Below the pieces are notes generated by a model. That model did not search any database. It saw nothing but the letters and a program-made list of their open reading frames with translations, and was not told where the DNA came from. The translations under genes and the position numbers were made by a program. Source: Raja brachyura (taxonomy: Eukaryota). Taken from it: a DNA stretch of 64,000 bases. Below are positions 1-13,034 of this stretch, piece after piece; positions within the stretch are counted from its first letter, which is position 1, and every line of letters starts with the position of its first letter. The DNA lies in assembly GCA_963514005.1 (NCBI GenBank), contig OY740792.1:36270001-36334000 (forward strand), given 5' to 3'.

Positions 1-115
1 GAGAGACACAAGGAACTGCAGATGCGAGTTCACAAAAAAATGCACAAAATACTGGTGAACATTGGGCGGTGACACTTCTGGTCGGAACCCTTCTTCAGAA
101 GTAACCTTTCACATT

Positions 116-390
116 CGGCACGGTGGTGCAGCGGTAGAGTTGCTGCATTAAGGCTAGAGACCAGGGTTCTGTGTGGAGTTTGCACGTTCTCCCCGTGACT
201 ATGTGGGTTTTCTCTGGGGGCTTCTGTCTGCTTCCAAAGACGAGCAGGTGTGTAGGGTACTGGACTTTGGTAACAATGGTAAATTGTCCCTAGTGTGTAC
301 GATAGTGCTAGTGTACAGCTTGATCATTGGTCGGCATGGACCTGGTGGGCTGCAGGGCCTGTTTCCACACTATATCTCTCTAATCTAAAC
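116..390 (+). mobile_element. HE1-like tRNA-derived V-SINE
   Basis: GGCACGGTGGTGCAGCGGTAGAG head, V-domain (GAGTTTGCACGTTCTCCCCGTG), CR1-type tail. Confidence 0.8.
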
Positions 391-577
391 ATTTATAATG
401 CAGCAAAACAGGAAACTTAAGGGTGATGATAGCCAGGATTTGAATAACACCATAAAAACGTTGATAGGCTCTTGCTAGGCAAGGCATTGTGTCTATCTTA
501 CCCATATTCTCTAGATATGCTCCCAGAGCTGCTGAGTTACTCCAGCACTTTGTGAATCTTGTCTAAAGGCTAATTTA

Positions 578-872
578 GTAGTTTAGACATGCAGCGTGGA
601 TACAGGACCATCAGCCACTGAGTCCATGTCAACCAGTGATCACCCCTACACTAGTATTTTCCTACACATTAGGGACATCTTTTACCAAAACCAACTAACC
701 TACAAACCTGCACGTCTTTGGAGAATGGGAGGAAACTGGAGCACCCAGAGAAAACCCACGTGGTCACAGGGAAAACGTACAAATTCCAGATGGACGCCAT
801 CCTTAGTCAGGATGGAACCTGGATCTCTGGCGCTGTAGGGCAGCAACTCTACTGCCAAACCACTGTGCCACG
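578..872 (-). mobile_element. HE1-like V-SINE
   Basis: Reverse complement of the family seen at 116-390. Confidence 0.8.
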
Positions 873-1183
873 ACCGTCCTTTCAGAAGGATGCTAGAATG
901 CCCTTTTCTCTCCAATGGCTTTGCTAAACCACAAAGTGTAAATTGGGAAAACATGCTTCTAACCAGCATTCTTTGCAATGAGAACCATTCATTTATCTTC
1001 ATATAATTAACCATATCGATCCTATTTCAGCACTGCGCAAGGTCAAGGAGTCACTTGCAGTCAACACAAAGGCATTCCATGCTCGCTGAACGTCATGCGA
1101 TGTTGCTAATTATACACAATTACTCGCACACCCAAAATGACGAAGGAAGATCTTTAAGGAAGTTTTCCAAAACTCGATTTTTA

Positions 1184-1470
1184 GGGCGGCATAGTGGTGC
1201 AGCAGTAGAGGTGCTGCCTTGCAGCGTCAGAGACCTGGATTCCAGCCTGAATGTGGGTGCTGACTGTGCGGAGTTTGTACGTTCACCCTATGACCGTGTA
1301 GGTGTTCTGTGGGTGCACTGGTTTCCTTCCACACTCCAAAGATGTGCGGGTTTGTAGGTTAATTATCTGCTGTAAATTGCACATATTCCTTGTGGGTAGG
1401 GTAGAACTAGTGTATGGGGTGATCGCTGTTTGGCGCAGACTCAGGCCTGATTCTGCGCTGTATCTCTAGA
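1184..1470 (+). mobile_element. HE1-like V-SINE
   Basis: A/B-box head, V-domain, tail. Ends ~20 bp from the exon 4 donor. Confidence 0.8.
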
Positions 1471-1489
1471 GTCTAAAGGAAGAGATTAC

Positions 1490-1873
1490 CTAGAAGTGTC
1501 ACGGTGACGTGGAGAGGATCGGAAGTCTTCGCTGCTGCGTTGCGCTTTAACCAATTGGTATGTGGGACCCAAACAGAGGCAGCGCAGTAGTAATATCCAC
1601 TGTCTCCTTCGTCAGCTTGTTGCACTCTCAGTCTGTATTCGCTGCCGCTAATCCTGTTTAACATGACAAAGTCCGAGTTGTTGACGATGGCTGCAAGGTT
1701 CATGTACACCAGAAGTTTGCTGCTTTGAGTATCCGTCGGCAGAGATGTGCTGAAATACCAGCCAACCTCAACACTGAAGTCTTCGGCACCAGTTACACTG
1801 CAAACAAGATCAATCTCGCCACCTTTGCTCAACGTGAGGATCCCTCCGCTTGCTGAGACATTTAAAGCCTGGG
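1490..1873 (-). CDS. PTGFRN: PTGFRN-like exon 4, Ig-V domain 3 (gene continues beyond window start)
   Basis: Acceptor gtgttacag|CC, donor CTAG|gtaatc, 384 bp, phase 1-1. Encodes AQALNVS..LVCSV..VGWYF..DSGYYYCAASVWV. Confidence 0.88.
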
Positions 1874-1942
1874 CTGTAACACAGAAAACGCATTATTTAG
1901 TAAAAAATTCCTACCCTGCAAAGAGTATTTCAAGCTTGATGA

Positions 1943-2150
1943 AAGACACCAAGTGCTGGAGTAACTCAGTGGGTCAGGCAGCATCTCTGGAGAACATGGA
2001 TAGGTGATGTTTCCGGTCGGGAGCCTTCTACAGAGTTTGAAGATGGGTCCTGACCCGAAACATCACCCATCTATGTTTTCCAGAGATGCTGCTGGACTCC
2101 AGCACAGTGTATTTTTTTTGTAAACCAGCATCTGCAGTTCTTTGCTTTTA
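1943..2150. repeat. PLE-derived fold-back element
   Basis: GCTGGAGTAACTCAG..GCAGCATCTCTGGAG..TAGGTGATGTTTC followed by its reverse complement. Confidence 0.75.
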
Positions 2151-3295
2151 CTACATCTGAGATTAATAGCCCTATACTGTCCCAAAAGCGTCATGGCAGA
2201 TAAATGGTTATGCAAATTATCAAAATAAAAATTAGAAGCTAGTTCTCCCTTAAATACATTTACTCAAAGCATATGCACAAGGAACTGCAGATGCTGGAAT
2301 CTTGAGCAAAGCACAAGGTGCTGGAGGAATTCTGAGTCAGACAGGGAATGGACAGGCAACATGTTGGGTCGGGACCCTTCTTCAGTCTCAAAAAGTCTGA
2401 ATTCAGTCTAAAGGAGGATCCCGACCTGAAATGTCACCCATCCATTCTCACCACAGATGCTGCCCAATCCATCGAGTTTGTCCAGCACTTCGTAACTTAC
2501 TCAACCCTCTCTTCATGCCTGTGCCATTAACTCCCCCTTCAAGCAGTAATTCCAAGCATCTGGCGTACCTATATATCCACACCAATCTCCTTCACCCAGC
2601 TTTTGTACCTTTCCACACATGGTGATACTGGCAATGAATTATCTTGGAGCAACCCAGAGGAATTGCTGCAACAATTATGTTAGCATACGATGGAACTACA
2701 GATGCTGGTTTATACCGAAGATAGACACAAAATCTGTGGAATTCTCTGCCAAAGAAGGCAATTTGGGGAATTCTCTGCCACAGAAGGCAGTGGAGGCCAA
2801 TTCACTGGATGTTTTCAAGAGAGCTAGATTTAGCTCTTAGGATTAAGGGAATCAAGGATATGGGGGAAAAGCTGAAACGAGGTACTAATTTTGGATGATC
2901 AGCCATGATCATATTGAATGGGGGTGCTGACTCGAAGGGCCAAATGGCCTACTCATGCACCTAATGTTTCTATCTTTTTATGTAAAATGCTGGAGTAACT
3001 CAGCGGGTCAGGCAGCATCTCTGGAGAAAAGGGATAGGCGATGTTTTGGGAGATACGCCAGCATTTTGTGTCTATTATCTTCGATGTATATAAAGGCACC
3101 TTCCACAGTCTTGTAATCCTATGGAAAAAGTGTCTCCTTCGTCTCCTCTCACATTTAAATCATGTATCTGTGTATTCACAATTTTATTCTGCTAAGATTA
3201 GTCAAATATGATGCAGATTTTGCAAAATACACCTCCCTTTAATTCCTTCCCGGTTTTGAGAGAACTAATTATCACACGCAAATCTTGAGCATATA

Positions 3296-3548
3296 GCCCG
3301 TCCCACCAACCTCCCTCCTCACTCCTGTCCCATGTCCCTCATCAAGCCCATCCCAACTCCCTCCTCACTCCCCGTCCCAACTCCTGACCCACCAACTCAC
3401 TCCAAGCTCGTCCCACCAACTCCCTCCACATCTGTCCCAACTTCCCCTTCATGGCTGTCCTTACTCTCTCCTCATGTTCCTCCCAACTCCCTTTCATGTC
3501 CGTCCCACCACCTCCCTCTTCACACCTGTCCCACCAGCTCCATCCAAA
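3296..3548. repeat. Degenerate C-rich minisatellite in intron 3 (units like CCGTCCCACCAACTCCCTCCTCACT)
   Basis: Repeated GTCCCACCA and CCCAACTCCC units. Confidence 0.65.
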
Positions 3549-3622
3549 CTGTGGATCCACCCATTAAAATGGGCGGTTCACCTATCTGCCAAAATCCGAC
3601 TGAGGATCTGACAACGAGGTAC

Positions 3623-4051
3623 CTAGTGGCTGAACTTTGATGGTTTTGATGGTTGCCTCTTTCTCATGGAGCTTCTTCCAGTTGAAGCCATCTTCTTTGA
3701 CCCACTCGGCTGCCACACATGAATAGACACCACTGTCCCCCAGCTGCAAGTGGTCAACGATGAGTCCGAAGACGCCGTTTCCCTCCAAGCTCATCCTAAC
3801 GTCGCCGTGCCAATATCGATCGGTGTACGAAGCCCCGGGTAGTAACTGGTCATCTGCAGTGAAGGACAGGATGTCCTCTGGACCAGCTCCGTTTTTCGTC
3901 AACTGCCACGTGACGGAGAGATGGGTGGAAACGGTTGACGATGTTGACGTCGATGCAACACACTGTATCTCCATGGGCGTCCCTTCTGTGTGGTTTGTGT
4001 TGGTTAGGCTTCTGGACTTTGCAGGCAGCACAGCCAGTTTATCGGGAATCA
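3623..4051 (-). CDS. PTGFRN: PTGFRN-like exon 3, Ig-V domain 2 (EWI-motif domain, here EWV)
   Basis: Acceptor ttcatacag|TG, donor CTAG|gtacct, 429 bp, phase 1-1. Encodes VIPDKL..EGTPMEIQC..HLSVTW..DSGVYSCVAAEWVKE. Confidence 0.9.
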
Positions 4052-4053
4052 CT

Positions 4054-4410
4054 GTATGAAATCATGAGAGGATTAGGTTGGGTAAATGCACAGTGTCTCT
4101 TGCAGAGGATAGCGAGATCGAGAACCGGAGGACAAAGGTTTAAGGTGAAGGGAGAAAGATATAACAGGAATCTGAGGGGTAACTTTTTCACACAATGGAT
4201 GGTGGGTGTATGAAACGAGCAGCCAGAGGAGGTAGTTGAGGCAGGGACTATTGCAACGTTTAAGAAACAATTAGACAGGTACATGGATAGGTCAGGTTTG
4301 GAAGGATGTGGACCCAAAGCTGGCATATTGGACTAGTGTAGATGGGATGTTGGTTAGTGTGGTCAAGTTGGCCCAAAAGGCCTGTTTCCACGCTGTATCA
4401 CTCTTTGACA
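4054..4410 (+). mobile_element. CR1 3' fragment abutting the exon 3 acceptor
   Basis: YEIMRG..SRTGGQRFKVKGERYNRNLRGNFFTQ plus tail AAGGCCTGTTTCCACGCTGTA. Confidence 0.85.
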
Positions 4411-4616
4411 CTGATAAAAGAATGCATCAAGATTACCAACTAAACAAAAAGCGCGGAATGATTTAATAGGAACCTTAAGGCTAACTTTTTCCACACAAAG
4501 GGTGGTGGGTATGTGGAGGAGGTAGTTAAGGAAGGTACTATCACAACGTTTAAGAAACATTTATACAGATGCAATCAAAATTAATAGCAAATTAATGCAC
4601 AAAGGGTGGAACTTAC

Positions 4617-4982
4617 CCTTTAAGCTCACACGAGCTTCATAATTTCCATTGCTGTTTTCGTCGGTACTGGGTGTTTGGCAATGATAGCGCCCCTCATCCT
4701 CGAACTTTACACTTCTGAAGCGCAGCTCAACCGAGCTGTCACCCAGCCTCTCCACCCAAATGTCACCGGCCGCAACTTTGTCCTTGTACTCGGCATCGGA
4801 AAACTCGGCTTCCAACGTACTGATCACCTTCACCAATACGCCGTTGCGGGACACAAACCAATCAAAATTTTGCTCAGAGGGCCCTTGGTAGGCGCTGACA
4901 TTGCAGGGAACACTGACGGGGGTTTTCACCACACGGTACAGGGGACCGGTCGGAACCTTTACCACACGACCTGACGTCAGTC
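4617..4982 (-). CDS. PTGFRN: PTGFRN-like exon 2, Ig-V domain 1
   Basis: Acceptor tcttgcag|GA, donor AAGG|gtaagt, 366 bp, phase 1-1. Encodes RVVKVPTGPLYRV..PCNVSAYQGPSEQNFDW..DEGRYHCQTPSTD..GNYEARV. PCNVS, GPSEQNFDW and GNYE favour PTGFRN over IGSF8/IGSF3/CD101, but orthology is untested. Confidence 0.9.
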
Positions 4983-5877
4983 CTGCAAGACACAGGAAAC
5001 AAGCAAAGGATGAACATTCTTCTAATTAGGCCAGGACAGAGTGGATGTGGAGAGGATGTTTCCACTAATGGGAGAGTCTAGGACCAGAGGGCACAGCTCA
5101 GAATAATAGGAGGTACCTTTAGAAAAGTGATGAGGAGGAATTTAGTCAAAGGGTGGTGAATCTGTGGAATTCATTGCCACAGAAGACTGGCGAGGCCAAG
5201 TCAGTGAGTATTTTTAAGGTGGAGATTGAAAGATTCTTGATTAGTTAGGGTGTCAGGGGTTACGAGGAGAAGGCAGGAGAATGTGGTTGACATGGAAAGA
5301 TAGATCAGCTGTGATAGAATGGCAGAGTAGACTTGATGAACCAAATGGCCCAATTCTGCTCCTGTAATACGTAGAATATTTGACAAGAATTCACCATATC
5401 CAAACTAACATGAATATTATAAATGCTTGCAAGTGAGAAACAAACATAATGCCCACACTCGATCGAAGATTAACTGCTGCTGTTTATTTTGGTTTATTAT
5501 TGTCACGTGTACTGAGGTACAATAAAACCTTTTGTTTTTCGTGTTATGCAAACAGATCATATAATACCATACATGAATCTAATCAAGTCAATCTCAAGTA
5601 CAACAGGTAGAACAAAGGGGAAGATAGAGTGCAGTATATAGTTCTCAGCAACATAGTCACAAACTTATACGGCATGGAAACAGGCCCTTGGGCCCAAACC
5701 TGCGCAAACCGGATATGATGCCCCATCTATATCATATCCCTCTAAACCTTGCCTATCCATGTACCTGTCCAAATGACTTTTAAATTTTGTTATAGTATCT
5801 GCCTCAACTACCTCTTCTGGCAGCTCATTTCCTCAAACAACCAATCTCTGTGAGAAATTGTAGCTCATTTAAATTTA

Positions 5878-6192
5878 GCTTTAGAGATACAGTGTGGTAA
5901 CAGGCCCTTCGGCTCAGTGTCCACGAGACCAGTTCACAATAGTTCTATGTGATCCACTTTTTCATGTACTCCCCACACACTGGGAGGCAATTGACAGAGG
6001 GCTAATTGACCCACAAACCCACACTTCTTTGGGGATGCGAGAGGAAACCAGAGCATCCAGAGAAACCCACGTGGTCATCGGGAGAATGTGCAAACTCCAC
6101 ACACACACAGACAGCACCCGAGGTCAGGATTGAACCCGGGGCTCTGATGCTGTGAAGCAGAATCTCTACCAGCTGCTCTACTGTGCCGCCCC
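5878..6192 (-). mobile_element. HE1-like V-SINE
   Basis: Full-length copy. Confidence 0.8.
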
Positions 6193-8629
6193 CAATTTGT
6201 AGTGCAAATTGCTGAAAATGGAAGTAGTTATTAAAAAAAACCCCAATGAACTGGCAAAGAGGCTGGCATCTTCTTAATCAGGCAGAATAATGAATAAAGC
6301 ATTTACAATGCAAGATCCGCCACAGAAGCCAACTCTCAATGTAACACGGGAAATATTAGTGATAAGGATTTGCGGAGCAGAGTTGGGGGGGGGGGGGGGG
6401 GGGGGGTGGGGGAGAACGGATGAAGGGGGTAAGAAGGAAAGAGAGAAGGGGGGGTCTGAATGGCGAATAACCTTAGAAGCTAATATGTTAAGTTTTGCAT
6501 TCTTAAAATGTGCAACTATTGAAGATAAGAGTATATAAAATCCAGACGTGCTGGATTTTTGAACATAGAACAGGTAGAAGGTACAGCATAGGATCAGGCC
6601 CTTCGGCCCACATAGTCCATGCGAAACATGATGCCAAGTTATATAATCATCTCTGCCTGCACGTGATTCCTATCCTCCGATTCCTTGCATGTGCCGATCA
6701 AAACGTTTCTTAAATGCCACTACACATCTTGCTTAAACTTTGCCCCTCCCTGTTTCCTCCCGCATCCCAACGTGCCGGTTTGTAGCTTCTGTAAACTGTC
6801 CCTAGTGTGTAGGATACAACTACTACACGAGGTGATCGCTGGTCGGCATGGACTTGGTGGGCGGAAGGGCCTGTGTCCATGCTGTATCTCTAAAACGTAA
6901 CTAAACCACCCGCAGTGGGTATAATGGAAAATTCACACATCCATTTCAGGGATGAATGAGGGAGTTTGCATCTCATCAGATGTCGCAGGCCATTGAGTTT
7001 CTATTTAGCTTGACATTACGATGTTGGTCCTAACTGGATTTGTCTATCAGAATGTTTCCAGATGGAGGGCTTCAGCACTCCACTGACACTATATTTCACG
7101 TTCTTCCCCCCGGTGAAGTTGAGAACTAATTTGATTGGGTGCATCTACTACATAAAGATACGTACCTCTGCAAATTATCCACATGCAAAACAGGCTCATG
7201 CAAAACAACACTATGCTCCCAAGAATGTAATTTAAGGAACTTGGATGCAAATTTCATTCCCCATGTCTTAAAACAGAGGATCAGAATTAGGCCATTCGGC
7301 CCATCGAGTCTACTCTGCCATTTGATCATGGCTGGTCTATCTTTCCCCCTCAACCCCATTCTCCCCATAACCGTTGTCGTTCTTACTTATAACATTCATC
7401 TTGAGTCCAGTAAAGTAGAAGGGACTTGAACTATTGACTGCAACAGACACAAAGTGCTGAAGTAACTCAGAGGGTCAGGCAGCATCTCTGGAGGATATGG
7501 ATTGGTGACTTCTCGGGTTGTGATCCCTCTTAGTCTGAGGGGTGGGGTGGTGCAGGGGAGGGGATTCTGCCCCACCTATGACTCCAGAACTCCCCCCCCC
7601 CCCCAACCCCCCCAAAAGACTGAAGGCCTCGACCCGAAACGTCGCCTTTCCATTCCCCCCACAGATGCTGCCTGACCTAGTGAATTCCTCCAGCACTGTC
7701 TGTTTTCACAAAAGCGGTGCCTCAAGCCTACCTTGCCAGAGACATCCGTGATCCGTGAATGAATTAAAAAAACATCTTTGTTAAGGTTGAAAACGGCAAA
7801 CAAAGTATTCCCTAAAGAAACACAATATTGTTTTCCAGAGATGCTACTTGACCCTCTGAGTTACTCCAGCACTTTGTGTCTTTTTTGCTTGCAAACCAGC
7901 ATCTGCAGTTCCTGTGTCCCTCTGAATTCCAAGATGGCATCCAATCCTGGCGACACTCTGTGTTCTGGTCCCAGAAGCGGATGTGAAATCACGCATTACA
8001 ATTGCTCCACTATTTTAAACCTTCTCTCCCAACAGCAGCATTTCTTACTTTTTTATAATGTTTATTTTCCCAACGTTTTTAATAAAAAAATAAGGAGGCA
8101 TATTTTTTCAGATTGACGGGAAAGTATTATTGTCTAACGAGATAAATATTAAATAAGGAAAGGGAACTACTTTAAGCAGGCAAAACATTTCCTAATCCTT
8201 GGGTGCTGGATTTCTGAAGTTATTGTCCAGCCTCCCGCAAGCTCCAAGACTTCTTTGTTCATGTTTCTTTTGTGCTACGCAACCCTACAAAGTAATCTAA
8301 TCTTGCATAATTTGGTAACCCTGGACACCAATTCTTAATATGGAATAAAATCTGGCAGTGAGTACTGTCCACAGTTCATCAATTGCTTTTATTATCGCCA
8401 CTTTGTTCTTGGCTAGAAGGTGAGGAATCTTGCCTATGCTCTCACCTCAACAGACTGAACAGTAGATTTATCTCTAGTCCTAGGGCCTTCACGTTTGTGT
8501 TCCTCAATTGTTGAATGCTACCTTATTGTCACATGTACCCAAATACAATGACATTCTTTGCTTTGCATCGATGACATATTGTTACCTCATTCAAGACTGA
8601 AGTTGAGGTTATAATGTGTTTCTTGAAGG

Positions 8630-9105
8630 TAGATCAGAAGACTTTACGAGGATGTTGCCCGGACTCGAGGGCCTGAGCTATAGGGAGACGTTAAGCAGGC
8701 TAGGACTCTGTCCCTTGAAGCACAGGAGGATGAGGGGTGATGTTATTGAGATGTACAAGATCATGAGGGGAATAGATCGGATGGCGCACAGTCTCTTGCC
8801 CAGTGTAAGGGAATAGAGAACCAGAGAACATAGGTTTAAGGTGAGGGCAGAAAGATTTCATAGGAACCTGAAGGGTCACTTTTTCACAAAGCATGATGGG
8901 TTTCTGGAACTAGCTGCCAGAGCAGGTGTTGAGGCAGGTACTATTCCAATGTTTAAGAAACATTTTGACAGGTACATGGATAGAACAGGTTTAGAGAGAT
9001 ACGGGCCAAACGCAGGCAAGTGGGACTAGTATAGGTAAAACATGTTGTTCGGTGTGGGTAAGTTGGGTTGAAGGGCCTGTTTCCACATTGTATGATTTTA
9101 TGACT
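8630..9105 (+). mobile_element. CR1 3' fragment
   Basis: FTRMLPGLEGLSYRETLSRLGL..RGDVIEMYKIMRG. Confidence 0.85.
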
Positions 9106-9675
9106 GCACCTATAAGAGTCTGCATCTGTTCTATCTGAAGAGGGGTTTCCACCCAATTGTAGTCTATCCATTCCCGCCAGAGATTAGTTCCTTCAGCACT
9201 TTGTGCTTTAATCTAGAAGGCATTGTTGTTTAATATTAGAAATTAAAAGAACTGAAGCATTTAAAGTATTGTCTGCAGTTCTGGTCGCCCACTTCAGGAA
9301 CACTGTGGAATGCTTTGCAGAAGAGGTTTGCAAGGATGTTGCCTAGATTGGAGGGCATTAGCTTTAAAGTGAGGTTAAACAGACGGATTGTTTTTTCTCT
9401 GGAATATTGGATGTCGAGGGGAGACCTGATAGAAGTATATAAATTTATGAGAGGCATAGATGTGGAAGACAGTTCAAACTTGTTTTCCAAGGGTGCAATG
9501 TCAAATAGCTTCATGGTAATCACAGGGAGAAGATACAAACTCCATACTGACTGCACCTGCAGTGAGGATCGAACGTGGGTCTCTGGCGCCATGAGGCAGC
9601 AAATCTACCGCTGCACCATGGTGGTCGATCATGACAAACTAATTCAGCTACCTTCTCTCTATTTCAAAGACGTTT

Positions 9676-10221
9676 CCTTAATTATGGCCTTTATGGCGAA
9701 AAAACTAATACTTAAATTTGGGAAACATACGTCAGTCCCTACTCTTAAGATGTGGATTACAAACATGTCCGAGACACTACATCTTGAAAATATTAGACTT
9801 GTCTTGGCAGAAAAACCAGATCATTTTTCCAAGACATGGACACCCTTCAGTGATTTCTTACAAGGACAGTATGGTACAACACAACTTTGGATTTAAATCT
9901 AACTATGGGTTGGGTGAGGTGGGTGGGGAAGGATGAGAGGCAGGTATATCTCCACTTTTCTCTCTCTTTTTCTTTTTGTCCTTTTTTTTTTCTATTCCAT
10001 TCTTCTTTCTTTCTTTCACCCACTCATTGGCTACACTACTTTGGCAGTCTAGGGGTCCTATCTTTGCACATCTCACTTTTTGTCTTTCTTGCTCTTTCTC
10101 TTTTCTTTTCTTCTAATTCAAAGCTAAAAAGTCAAAATTGAAGCTGTACCATAACTGTATAATTCTATATGTCGTTCTACTCTTGTACATTTGCTTCTAA
10201 TAAAAACATGTTTTAAAAAAA
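9676..10221 (+). mobile_element. L1-clade LINE 3' fragment
   Basis: AKKLILKF.KHTSVPTLKMWI..LHLENIR..FSKTWTPF resembles the fish L1 ORF2 C-terminus. T-rich 3' UTR, AATAAA near 10200, A-tail. Confidence 0.65.
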
Positions 10222-10900
10222 GCTTCCCTCCCTCTCCCAACTTTAAACAGATGTATCTTTCTGTACTGTCTCAGAAACTAGCATTTCTCATGAACTATAC
10301 TGACTTTGTAAAATATAAATGTCATTAAGAGTCCCATATATGGGAACTAGCTTTTCAAAACCCCCAAACTTGTGGTTTGTCTGAGGAAGTGATGCGCTAT
10401 AATGCTAACTTTGTTCTACCTATTGTACCTGGGTCTGAACTGATTGTATGTATGTACTGTATAGCTAAAGGAGCGGAGTGTGGTTTTGAGTTACAGCATG
10501 GAAACACACCCTTCAGCCCACAGTGTCCACGCCGGCCATCGATCACACGTTCTGAAATAACCCATTTCAGAATTCCAACATATTTATTGTAGCACAGTCA
10601 ATAGATTACTATCAGTCATATTTGTGCCTGTTCCAAATGTCTGTGGAGGCCAAGTCACCAGGAATCTAGAGCAGAAATTGACAGCTTCTTGATTAGTATG
10701 GGGAGAAGGCAGGAGAATGGGGTTGAGAGGGAAAGATAGATCAGCCATGATCAAATGGCAAAGTAGACTTGATGGATCAAACGGCCTAATTTTGTTCCTA
10801 TGTGTTTTTAAGGAACTCGAATAAAAGTCTAGTTAATTAACAATTAACACTGTGGACATGCCAAGACCTTTCACAAATCTATCTACAAAGTCCTGGGGTA

Positions 10901-11288
10901 CAGGTCCACCATCGACCTTCCAGCACACTTGATTCCAGAGTCTTTCCGGATTATCCGTTTTGCCGGACCAACAGAGGTCACGGTAGCGTTTAACTCCTCT
11001 TGGAGGCAGCGACCTCTGTCGGCCCCTCCACCTAGGCAGCTGAGGGGCCGAGATACAGGCTGCAAAGTTGGCTATGGGAACAGATCTGCCGGCTCTGGTC
11101 AGGCTGGAGTTCCAGAGCACCAGCCGCAGGGGGGAAACTCGACCCGTCGATCGGCCGCGATATCCCGATGTGGCTGAGATCGGCCACCTCACCTGGCATA
11201 GGCACCACATTTTTAGGGGGACGGATTTCAAGTGCACTCTCGTAATTTTGTCCGGATTATAGGAGGTGCCAGACCACCTGTTGACCTG
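10901..11288. mobile_element. Putative Tc1/mariner (Tigger-like) MITE
   Basis: TA|CAGGTCCAC ... GTTGACCTG termini and repeated TCCGGATTAT subterminal motifs. Right TA is degenerate. Confidence 0.5.
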
Positions 11289-11604
11289 AACTCCATTAAT
11301 CTGTCAGTTTGTCCAGTCTTGTTCAGCACTGCTTTCAGAAACAGAATCGAGCAGCTGGTAAACACGAACACTGTCTAAGCCTCAACAATGCAAAGATATT
11401 CCTCATCGCCATAGCAACATATTCATGTAAACAAATAGCTTCAGATAATTAGGGGCCAGAAGTGGTAAGTTCATAAATTCATAGTTCGCAATTCATATGA
11501 GCAGAATTAGGCCATTTGGTCCATAATGTCGGCACCGCTATTGAATCACGGTTGATTTAACTTGCCCTCTCAACCCCATTCTCCTGCCTTGGCATCATGC
11601 AGAT

Positions 11605-11805
11605 ACAAGGAACTGTAGATGCTGGTCTACATAAAAAGACACCAAGTCCTGGAGTAACTCAGCGGATCAGGCATCATCTCTGGAGAACATGGACAGATAA
11701 CGTTTTGGGTGGGGAACTTTCAATCTGAATTAAGTTCTTGACCCAAAATGTCACTTATCCATGTCCTCCAGAGATGCTGCTCGTCCCGCTGAGTTACTCC
11801 AGCAT
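11605..11805. repeat. PLE-derived fold-back element
   Basis: Inverted arms of the same family. Confidence 0.75.
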
Positions 11806-13034
11806 CATGCGTCTGGTCTTGGCATCATGATCGGCACAGACATTGTGGCCTTAGGGCCTGTTCCTGTGCAGTACTGTTCTACGTTCTATCCATGTTCTAT
11901 CCGTTCTTTATGTCTACAAGTGAGGTTGAAATTTTGTTTTGGTGTTGCTCAAATCAACCGATCTTTAGTTTAGCGATACACCATTGAAAAAAGGTCCTTA
12001 GACCCAACGAGTCCTCAGCAACCCACTCACGCTGGTTCTGTGTTATCTACTGTACATTCAGTCACTTTTATGTCTAAAATGAATGACTTCACACTTGTCT
12101 AGGTTGAAATCTCTCAGCAGTATTGCTCATTCAATTAATCTTTAATTCTTAATTTATCTATAATAATGTCAATGGCCTTTACGTGTGAATCATTAGCGAG
12201 ATTGGATACACAGCCAGTCATCAAACGTGGCTATAAAAAGTGAATAGTTGGACTTCGATTACTTAACCTTGAGGGACGCCACTTGTCACACCCACACAGC
12301 CATTACCTTTACAGCCTCTCATAATACTCAGCCAGTTTCCCAGCTAGATCAATACATTGCATTCAATTTCACAAGCTTCTATTTAGTGAACAACCTTATG
12401 AAGGACTACAGAAAATGTTAACACTTTTCCAGAATACATTTCACTCACATTTCCTCTCCACTACTTTTGTTACACCTCTCATGTTTCCCTGGGACATTCG
12501 AGGCCATTCACCCTATCAAGTCAATGCCAGCTTTCAGAGCATTTCCACCATTTTCCTGCAGCTTATTCTTTCTCACATGCCCCTCACTCCACCATGCTCC
12601 TCAGTTTTCTGTCCCAGTTGTGCATTTACAGCAGCCATTATATTCACAAGCAGTGCCAGAGCACTTGAGAGAAACACAGGCCATCACAGCCAGTTCATGC
12701 AAACTCCACACATATAGACACAATGAAGTGCAGATGCTGCTTTACAAAACGAGCCACAAAGTGCTGGAGAAACTCAGTGGGTCAGACAGCATCTGTGGAG
12801 GACACAGACGGGTGACGTTTCTGGTGGACACCTTCTTCAGATTGAAAGGTGGCCCATCCATTCCCTCCACAGATGCTGCCTGACCCGCCGAGTTCCTCCA
12901 GCACTTTATGCTCTGCGCAAGATCCCAGCATCTGCGGTTCTTCTTGTCTCCACAAGATTCGGTAACGTCACACGATTTTCAATCTCATGCCGTTTCTTTG
13001 AACGGCAAAAACAAAAAGGAATTTGTTCAGCCAT

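Noticed and set aside
1490-4982. Assignment as IGSF8 or IGSF3
   Set aside because: GPLYRV resembles IGSF8/IGSF3, but RVVxVP, PCNVS, SEQNFDW and GNYE fit PTGFRN better; a phylogeny would be decisive.
9315-9896. 193-aa ORF
   Set aside because: Chance fusion of CR1, antisense SINE and L1 fragments.
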